A stretch of 63,946 bases of DNA from positions 1 through 63,946 of the forward strand of contig CAZEBU010000003.1 in NCBI GenBank assembly GCA_964510435.1, read 5' to 3'. The notes under the pieces were generated by a model. That model ran no database searches and was not told the DNA's origin. It saw nothing but the letters and a program-made list of their open reading frames with translations. How positions within the stretch are numbered: the first letter of the stretch is position 1; every line of letters starts with the position of its first letter. Below, piece by piece: positions 17,322-24,665 of this stretch. The position numbers were made by a program, and so were the translations under genes. This stretch comes from an uncultured Candidatus Saccharibacteria bacterium. GTDB lineage: Bacteria > Patescibacteriota > WWE3 > UBA101185 > UBA10185.

Positions 17322-17603
17322 TTAATTCCCCAATAATGCAAGAAGTAGGTTTTTACCAATCTTTTCAATCTCATTTTTATCAGCGTTTTTAAGATCGTCT
17401 TTATCAGATGCTAATAGGGAAAGAAGGTAAAAAGGTATTTCGAGTTTTCTCGAAATCTCTTCTAATAATTTTACACTGGGAGTTCTTTCACCTTTCTCTA
17501 TTCTTGATAGGTAGCTTGCATCAAGTTTTAGCTCCTCACTCAAGTCTTTTTGTGAAATCCCTTTGGCAGCGCGAATAGTTTTTATTGCTTTTCCGTAGTT
17601 CAT
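17322..17603 (-). CDS. XRE-family HTH protein, retron accessory candidate
   Basis: ISQKDLSEELKLDASYLSRIEKGERTPS. Its stop lies 2 nt from the RT start. Confidence 0.7.
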   Translation of the reverse strand: MNYGKAIKTIRAAKGISQKDLSEELKLDASYLSRIEKGERTPSVKLLEEISRKLEIPFYLLSLLASDKDDLKNADKNEIEKIGKNLLLALLGN

Positions 17604-17661
17604 ATTAAATTGATTCCTTATATAAAAATCTGAGGGTTATCTCAGGTTCTTATAAAAGAAG

Positions 17662-17868
17662 TTAAGGATTAATGTTGTGCATTATTTCCAATAATCTCTT
17701 ACAGATTTTATTTACAATAAACTCCGCTTTTTTAGTGTTTTTAACACTTAGCGAATGTTTTAAATCCTTTAGAGCTTTTTTTAGAAATTGCTCGTCATCC
17801 GATCCCAAAATTCCTGATTTTACAAGAGTGTTGATTGAATCAACAATTTGTCTAAATCTTTTTGCCAT
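17662..17868 (-). CDS. small helical hypothetical protein (68 aa)
   Basis: GGAGGTG RBS upstream of MAKRFRQ. First gene of the RT operon. Confidence 0.45.
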   Translation of the reverse strand: MAKRFRQIVDSINTLVKSGILGSDDEQFLKKALKDLKHSLSVKNTKKAEFIVNKICKRLLEIMHNINP

Positions 17869-18353
17869 ATTAATCACCTCCTTCTTCTGTAGGTGGCTTC
17901 CTCAGATTAATGAGAGGACTACAGTACCACATTCGCCCTCTGTAGAGAAAATATTGGGATCTCCTTAACTCTTTACGTACCACTTGGTTAGTATTCAGCA
18001 ATTAGCTGTTGTTGATAAACGTTTCAGGCAATCAAAACATACACATACAGCCGACACACGCCCCAGGGTAAGAGCGGAAAAATTTACAAGTAGTAAATAT
18101 CCGCGACTTATTTTTTTATAAAATAGTCATCAGTAGCTCTTAATGAGCTGAGCTAGAAGTATAAGTTCTAACTGTTAGGTGCGATATTATACGAGGTGAT
18201 ATTAATGTGCGATGCGGTTTCCACCGTCTCAATTGTCAATATATCAGTTTGTTTTTAGATTGTCAATTATAATGTCTGTTAGACATTTGTCATCTGGAAT
18301 GATATGATTCTGATACTCATATATGAGCGTTGCAAAATTAGGACCACCATTAG

Positions 18354-19874
18354 ATGAATAAACAAAAAATAACACTCTCAAAATCCGACTACATGCTTTT
18401 TCTTCGCCACCCTGCTTGGTTTTGGTTGAAGAAGTTTGATAAGGCTAAGTTGCCTGCCGTTGACGATAATTTGCAGGCAATGTTTGATGCAGGGCATGAG
18501 TTTGAAGGGTATGCAGAACAGCTTTTTCCTGCCGGAGTTAAGCTTGGGTTTAATAACTATCAGGAGTACCTTTCTCTACCTCAACGAACCAAAAACGCAT
18601 TAGTTGAAGATGTTTCTACCATTTTTCAAGGCCGTTTTGAAGCAGATGGGATTACTTGCATTATTGATGTACTAAACAGAGTTGAGGGTAATACTTTTGA
18701 TTTAGTAGAGATAAAAAGCAGTACCAAAGCCAAGCTGGAGCATTACTATGATCTAGCCTTTCAGACTATCGTTTTGGAGAAATCAGGACTTACAATTCGG
18801 AATATCTCTGTAATTCATATAAATAATGAATACATGCGCCAGGGCAAGATTAATCCCCAAACGCTGACTACAGAAACTGATGTTACCGAGGAGGTGAAAG
18901 CCTTGATCAATCTCACCCAAGAACAAATAGACAAAGCATTTGTGATCTTGTCTACAAAAACCATGCCCGATATCTCACCCCGTTTTGTCAATCAGCTTGG
19001 TGTCCCTAGAGTAAACTGGTTTGCAGAATGGCTGGATATCTACAAGAGTCTAAAGCCTGAGCTTGATCCATACAACATCTACAATCTAGGCTATTCGAAT
19101 GCTGAGCAAATAGGCAAACTAGAAGACGAAGGTATTGAGCTAATTGCAGATATTCCAGAGGAACTGGCTTTGCGACCTAAACAAATTACCCAAATCAAAA
19201 CTACTCGCGACAACAAGCGCATAATTGAAAGCCAAATGATCAGAGAGTTTTTGGATACCTTTGAATACCCCCTATATTTCTTTGACTACGAGACATTTTC
19301 CTCGGTGATTCCCGCCTTTGATGGCTGTAAACCCTACAAAGATTACCCTTTTCAGTATTCCTTACATATTCTAGACATACCAGATGCAGAAGTAAGGCAT
19401 GAAGAATATTTGCATGCTGACAACTCCAACCCTATGCCAGTGCTTATCGAAAAACTAAAGGTTGATATCGGAGACAAGGGCACCATTCTTACTTGGAACA
19501 TGAGCTATGAAAAGGGATGCAACACTAGAATGGCAGAATTTTACCCAGAGCATAAAGAGTATTTAGAAAGTTTGAACGAGCGCATTAATGATCTAATGAT
19601 TCCATTTTCGCAAATGTGGTTTGTAGACAAAGATTTCTTTGGCAGTGCAAGCGTCAAAAACGTTTTGCCGGTACTGGCACTGGAGCTAAGCTACAAAGAA
19701 CTAGACGTATCAGATGGCCTCAAGGCGCGCAGAATGTGGACACAAACTGTTTTGGAGGGTAAGAATGGGAAGGATTGGGAAAAGATAATGTCAGATTTGA
19801 GCAAATATTGTACACTTGACACCTTTGCCATAGTAAGGATTTTGGAAGAATTAAAGAAAATAGTTTCCAACTAA
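18354..19874 (+). CDS. DUF2779-family protein (N-terminal PD-(D/E)xK nuclease plus C-terminal exonuclease-like domain)
   Basis: IIDVL..FDLVEIKSSTK (D..ExK) and YFFDYETFSSVIPAFDGCKPYKDYPFQYSLH, which I recognise as the DUF2779 hallmark. Confidence 0.65.
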   Translation: MNKQKITLSKSDYMLFLRHPAWFWLKKFDKAKLPAVDDNLQAMFDAGHEFEGYAEQLFPAGVKLGFNNYQEYLSLPQRTKNALVEDVSTIFQGRFEADGITCIIDVLNRVEGNTFDLVEIKSSTKAKLEHYYDLAFQTIVLEKSGLTIRNISVIHINNEYMRQGKINPQTLTTETDVTEEVKALINLTQEQIDKAFVILSTKTMPDISPRFVNQLGVPRVNWFAEWLDIYKSLKPELDPYNIYNLGYSNAEQIGKLEDEGIELIADIPEELALRPKQITQIKTTRDNKRIIESQMIREFLDTFEYPLYFFDYETFSSVIPAFDGCKPYKDYPFQYSLHILDIPDAEVRHEEYLHADNSNPMPVLIEKLKVDIGDKGTILTWNMSYEKGCNTRMAEFYPEHKEYLESLNERINDLMIPFSQMWFVDKDFFGSASVKNVLPVLALELSYKELDVSDGLKARRMWTQTVLEGKNGKDWEKIMSDLSKYCTLDTFAIVRILEELKKIVSN

Positions 19875-19879
19875 CCAAG

Positions 19880-21640
19880 CTAGTCTTCATATTTCAAATT
19901 ACCCTTACTAATCCTACACTTTACAACCCTTAAGTTACTTTGAGGTAAATAATTTAGCAATGCCGATCTTTTTCCAATCAATTTATTACGAAGACGGTCA
20001 AATACCTTAAAAGAAACAATGGCACAAGACCTTTTGGCTCTTGTCAGCGCAACAACAAATCTATAGATATCCTCCCCAGTTATATTATATGGGCTTGCTG
20101 GTAGTACCCCATTGTGGCATTCCCAAATGATTACGTGTAATGCTGATAGTCCTTTAGAGCCAAGATAATTTGTGAGTTTGACGCGGACTTTGTTGGGATT
20201 TTCGGTAATAATCTCATTAGATGTGTTTTTCTCTGAAAAGTACTCTTCAATTTTGACCATATGTTTGTTTTTGTAGACTTCTGGCAACAATTCAAAAATA
20301 GGGACACTTTCCCTATGCGATCGTTTTATTATTGTAGCTATGCTCTCCAGTGGATCCTCACGTAGAATGATTCTCCATCCTAAGTTGTTTTTCTCATCAG
20401 CGCGCACCATTTTATAACCAACCACAATTTCATTGTTGCTTTCATTTTCCTTTTTTTCAATCATAAATAAGTCCATATCTAAGTTACTTACAAGGTATTT
20501 TGCTAGGGAATCTAGCCTGTGTTGCGATTCGGCACCAATGACAAGAAATTGAATGTCCTTTTCTGTACCAACCAGGCTTTCATTGTTTGTAATAGTCTCA
20601 ATATGGTTTTTAATAAATTTAAAAGCTGTCTTTTCAACGGAGCATTGTACTTCAATAATTTGAGGGTATTTTGTATCTAATGCAAATTTGTCAGGCCAGT
20701 AGCTAATATACTTTTTATCATTGATACGATCATGCAGAAGACCAGTACTTATAGCTTTTTTGATGAGACTATTTACGGAATTCACCAATACACTAGTGCA
20801 CCTACTTGAGAAAGGGAGGTTAAATTTTTGATTTGAAGGAAGGCTATTGTACAAATTTATAATAAACTTTTTTGATGCTTTTCTAAAGCCATACAAGGAT
20901 TGATCATCATCTCCCGCTACCAAGATTGGATTTTTTGAAGACAATACGTTAATAAATGAGGACTCGAGTTTATTGAAGTCTTGATACTCATCGGCTATAA
21001 CAAGGTCATACTGAGGGATAAGATAGCTATTTGAGGAAAGTGCTTTGTATACTTTATATACGGAATCCTGATGACTGATTGCACTATAATACGAGGATCT
21101 GCTAAGAAAAAATAGTAAGCTAGCATTTTCTTCATCTAAATTTGCAAATGCAGCATGGAAGTTCTTTTTGGAATAGCTGAGTTCAAGAATGGCAGCATCG
21201 CTTTCAATTATCGTAGCTAGGTTCGGGTAATATATGCCATCAAAACCTAATTTTGAATAAAGAAGTTCTTTGCAATATCCGTGGAATGTACTAGCTTTTA
21301 CATTCGCAAATTCCGGTTTATCAAACTCATTTATCAAATCATTAGCTAGGTTATTTATCAAAGTGAAAATGCGTGCATTGGAATTTGGAGGCATTTTTTT
21401 GATAACTTGCATAAAAGTGAATGTTTTCCCAGTTCCTGGACCTGAAACAATTAGTCGTAAATGAGCTTTTGAATCTGTCACTAATTTCAACTTTTCTTTT
21501 CTCTCTTTGTGAAAAGATGCACATTTTTCGCAAACTGCAAGTGAGCCTGTTAGCTTCTTAGCTATATTAATTCTGAATTCCTTGGCACTGAAAGCATATG
21601 TTTTTTCAGTTTGCAAACCACAATTTTGACAGCATTTCAT
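19880..21640 (-). CDS. UvrD/Rep-like SF1 helicase with N-terminal zinc ribbon
   Basis: CQNCG..CEKC, Walker A SGPGTGKT, DExQ-type VIADEYQDFN, VAGDDDQSLY and C-terminal VALTRAKRS. Confidence 0.75.
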   Translation of the reverse strand: MKCCQNCGLQTEKTYAFSAKEFRINIAKKLTGSLAVCEKCASFHKERKEKLKLVTDSKAHLRLIVSGPGTGKTFTFMQVIKKMPPNSNARIFTLINNLANDLINEFDKPEFANVKASTFHGYCKELLYSKLGFDGIYYPNLATIIESDAAILELSYSKKNFHAAFANLDEENASLLFFLSRSSYYSAISHQDSVYKVYKALSSNSYLIPQYDLVIADEYQDFNKLESSFINVLSSKNPILVAGDDDQSLYGFRKASKKFIINLYNSLPSNQKFNLPFSSRCTSVLVNSVNSLIKKAISTGLLHDRINDKKYISYWPDKFALDTKYPQIIEVQCSVEKTAFKFIKNHIETITNNESLVGTEKDIQFLVIGAESQHRLDSLAKYLVSNLDMDLFMIEKKENESNNEIVVGYKMVRADEKNNLGWRIILREDPLESIATIIKRSHRESVPIFELLPEVYKNKHMVKIEEYFSEKNTSNEIITENPNKVRVKLTNYLGSKGLSALHVIIWECHNGVLPASPYNITGEDIYRFVVALTRAKRSCAIVSFKVFDRLRNKLIGKRSALLNYLPQSNLRVVKCRISKGNLKYED

Positions 21641-21693
21641 ACTTCAATTATACATCGATGGTAATGACCCCCTTCTAATATTGACTGTCTTTT

Positions 21694-21811
21694 AGGGGTC
21701 TTACCCCTCATTTTGCAAGGGCTTCGTAAATTGCTCCCTTTGCTCGCAACCCTTGCAAAACTCACCCCGCTTTTTTGTTTCTTCAGGTACGAGAGCAGGC
21801 GTGCTGCTCTC
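21694..21811. promoter_or_regulatory. cluster of inverted repeats; candidate oriT / leading-region element
   Basis: AGGGGTcttACCCCT (21694-21708), TTTTGCAAGGG..N28..CCCTTGCAAAA (21711-21760) and GAGAGCAGgcgtgCTGCTCTC (21791-21811). Confidence 0.3.
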
Positions 21812-21841
21812 ATATAAAAATTTGAAGAGAAGGAAAAGCAA

Positions 21842-22601
21842 ATGAAACTATCTACCAAAGCACAAGCTAGCATTAACAAAGTCATAGAAAAGTTCAAAAC
21901 TGGTGATCTATCGTCCATTAGTAGAGTTGCCAGAATTAGGCTTGATAAATCAGCCCCAGCACACAAATGGAGTTTATCTAATAAAGTAATTGCTTTTGTT
22001 CAAGCTGAAGAACTAGATTGCAGGGGGTTTAGACAATGGCAAGATGTAGGACGACAAGTCAAAAAAGGTAGCAAGGCTGTATACATCTTTCGCCCCCACA
22101 CTATCAAAAAAGATGATGAGAATGGAGAAAAAGAAAATATTTGCATTGGATTTTCAACTGCTCCGGTATTTGCCGCCTCTTGTACGGAGGGGGAAAACAA
22201 CTTGCCAGGATATACCCCCGCAGAGCTTCCCCCTCTGGCAGACATAGCCAAGAAATTTAATATTTCAGTTGAATATGTACCAGTAACTCCCGATAAGCTA
22301 GGAGACTGTAAAGCAGATGGAAGCAAGATAAGACTAGGCAGTCAGGACACAAGAGTATTTTTCCACGAATTAAGCCATGCCATACAACGCTAGGATTGAT
22401 GGAAAGCTTAAAGGAGGGCAACAGATAGATCAAGAAACCATAGCCGAATTCACAACAGCGGTACTGATGGATTTCTACGGTTTGGGAGATCACACCGGCA
22501 ATGCCTGGAAATATATCAGTCAATACGCAGGTGATCCACTAGTTGCCATTACTAAGGCTCTGGGAACGGTTGAGAAGGTGTTGGGGGTATTACTCCAGTA
22601 A
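21842..22601 (+). pseudogene. ArdC-like antirestriction / ssDNA-binding metalloprotease gene, split by a frameshift near 22377-22393
   Basis: ArdC-N-like FRQWQDVGRQVKKGSKAVYIF, then FFHELSHAI followed by a TAG. The expected continuation (RIDGKL..QETIAEFTTAVLM..NAWKYI) lies in the adjacent frame. Confidence 0.55.
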
Positions 22602-22910
22602 TTTTCTCAGAAATATCTTTTCAACCCCAGTAACTGCAAATCCCACGAGAACAAAGGTAGTTAAATAGGAGAGTAAAAAATTAGGCCACGAAATATTGGA
22701 AGGATTTTCCCATGGAGAACTAAAGCTATACTTCCAGGGGAACGGAGGATCATAGCGCGTTAGATTTTGTGTCACAAATGGGATCGGGTAGCCAAATTTC
22801 ATAGCTTTCATGTCTGCTTTGCTGTGCACAGTTTTAGGTATTGATAACATCACTGCAACAATAACAAATGATAAAAAACCAGTAAGTAAATATTTTGTTG
22901 ATTTCTTCAT
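22590..22910 (-). CDS. membrane protein (106 aa)
   Basis: N- and C-terminal hydrophobic helices. No family recognised. Confidence 0.45.
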   Translation of the reverse strand: MKKSTKYLLTGFLSFVIVAVMLSIPKTVHSKADMKAMKFGYPIPFVTQNLTRYDPPFPWKYSFSSPWENPSNISWPNFLLSYLTTFVLVGFAVTGVEKIFLRKLLE

Positions 22911-22980
22911 ATTGTCTAAATTATAACAAGAGGTCCTATTTTGTAATAGAAAGAAATTGCTAAGTGTTCAATGCTTTTGC

Positions 22981-23757
22981 CTAATTTTCTTCCACCTTTT
23001 CCCAAACATCCCCTTGCAACTCACTATCCTTAACTATTTCCTTGGTGGTCAGAAAAAAATCAATCTCGTCTTCTGCTTCTTCCTCTAATACCTGGGCAAT
23101 GTGTTTGTGTAAAAAGGTCTTGATAGTTTCATTAGGACACACAAAAAGCAACTTTGGGTCTGGATGGCCTGTTTTCTCCTGCCATGTGCCCTCATCAAAA
23201 TATTCCACATATTGGGCAATTTTGCTCCTGAGCATAAAACGCGGAGTACCTTCGTCAATTATTTCCAAGAAATATCTTTTTGTTTGGTCTTTTGATTCGA
23301 TCGCAATATATGCATCGGGTCTTTTGTAAGGTAAATAGTAATGATTTGATAAATCAGTTTTGGTGAAAAAGTATAGCTTGCTGTTGTTTTTGGTTTGCTT
23401 TTCAAGATAAAAACATATGTTAGCTATAAACAAACAATGTTTTATTAGTCTTTGTGACCTGGTTTTATCTCGATATACACGTTTTAATATATTTTCGTTT
23501 ATATCTGGATGATTTAGTAGTAGCTTTCTGGATTTAGTGGCTAAGCAGTATATAGCAGGTTTGGTGTTTTCTTTGAGCTTTTGTGAATATTTTCTACTGA
23601 TAATGTTTTTATTGGTTAGGTCTTTTAACCATGCATTTATTCGTTTACGGTCTTTGTGGTTTAAAAGTCTTTGAATGTGAGTTCTGTCTAGGAATCTAAA
23701 TCTATATAGCAGGAGAAGTATTTGAAATTGTTTAGGTGTAATTTTTAGGTTTTCCAT
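22981..23757 (-). CDS. replication-relaxation family protein
   Basis: ITPKQFQILLLLYRFRFLDRTHIQRLL..RINAWLKDLTNKNIISR fits the Replic_Relax N-terminal wHTH pattern. Confidence 0.6.
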   Translation of the reverse strand: MENLKITPKQFQILLLLYRFRFLDRTHIQRLLNHKDRKRINAWLKDLTNKNIISRKYSQKLKENTKPAIYCLATKSRKLLLNHPDINENILKRVYRDKTRSQRLIKHCLFIANICFYLEKQTKNNSKLYFFTKTDLSNHYYLPYKRPDAYIAIESKDQTKRYFLEIIDEGTPRFMLRSKIAQYVEYFDEGTWQEKTGHPDPKLLFVCPNETIKTFLHKHIAQVLEEEAEDEIDFFLTTKEIVKDSELQGDVWEKVEEN

Positions 23758-23954
23758 AGTGTATTCGACTATGGGCAGTTTCGTTTTTACTTTGGAGGCA
23801 TGATAACATTTCTCTCCCTTATATATAAGGGAATAGGGGTAAATAATAAATCAATAAATGCCTATATACTGGGTAATGTATAGATATAATTGTCCTCGCA
23901 GGTGGGGACAGAATATAGGATAAATCAATGTAGAAAGGGTATAATATCGACATT

Positions 23955-24665
23955 ATGTCAGACTCCGATATACAGGCAGTATCAAAAGCAGCAGCAGAAG
24001 CGTCAAAATTTGGGACTAAGGCGTTAGATACCACGGATAAAATACTCAAATTTATAGCACGGGTATTTAGTGAACCTATTCAAGAAACTTCAGGGATGCT
24101 TGGCGACAGCATGAAGTATCTAAGATGGAAGAGGCAAATTAGAATAGTAGATAGAGTAAATAGCATTTTGGAAGAGAGAGGAGTTGAGAAAACAACTCCA
24201 ATACCACCTAAATTTGCAATTCCAATGTTACAAAATGCCAGCCTAGAAGATGAGAATTATCTTCAAAATATTTGGATCAGACTAATTTCTAACAGCATGG
24301 ATCCCGATTTTGAAGGAGAGTTGAGATTTGCTTTTATTGAAATAATTAAAAGCTTAAACTCACTTGATGCAACAATATTAGATTTCTTTTATAGCACACT
24401 TAAAAAAGATTCAAAAGTTGATTGGGGGCAAATTACAAGTTATTCCTTGACCAAAGAGCAGATTTGTAAGGAATTGGATCTTGATGTAAGTGATTATTTT
24501 GTAAGTATTTATAATTTATTCAGAGTTCAGTGTCTAGCCCCAGCAATATTTAAGGGTGGAGTCAAAATGGGAAACGAAAGTCTTACCGTTTATAAGGGAG
24601 CCGATGCTGTTACATTAACTCCTCTAGGGAAGAATTTTATTAAAATGTGTATTGCTACTAATTAG
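23955..24665 (+). CDS. Abi-alpha (DUF4393) family protein
   Basis: LRWKRQIRIVDRVNSILEERGV..PIPPKFAIPMLQNASLEDENYLQNIWIRLISN matches the Abi_alpha pattern as I recall it. Confidence 0.6.
   Translation: MSDSDIQAVSKAAAEASKFGTKALDTTDKILKFIARVFSEPIQETSGMLGDSMKYLRWKRQIRIVDRVNSILEERGVEKTTPIPPKFAIPMLQNASLEDENYLQNIWIRLISNSMDPDFEGELRFAFIEIIKSLNSLDATILDFFYSTLKKDSKVDWGQITSYSLTKEQICKELDLDVSDYFVSIYNLFRVQCLAPAIFKGGVKMGNESLTVYKGADAVTLTPLGKNFIKMCIATN

Noticed and set aside
18129-18135. A CUGAUGA box on the minus strand hinting at a hammerhead ribozyme in the retron-adjacent non-coding region.
   Set aside because: No properly placed GAAA box or three-stem junction could be drawn around it.
21637-21966. 109-aa minus-strand ORF spanning the helicase/ArdC intergenic region.
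   Set aside because: It overlaps the ArdC-like start and is built from the inverted-repeat region. It has no RBS or motif, so it is probably spurious.
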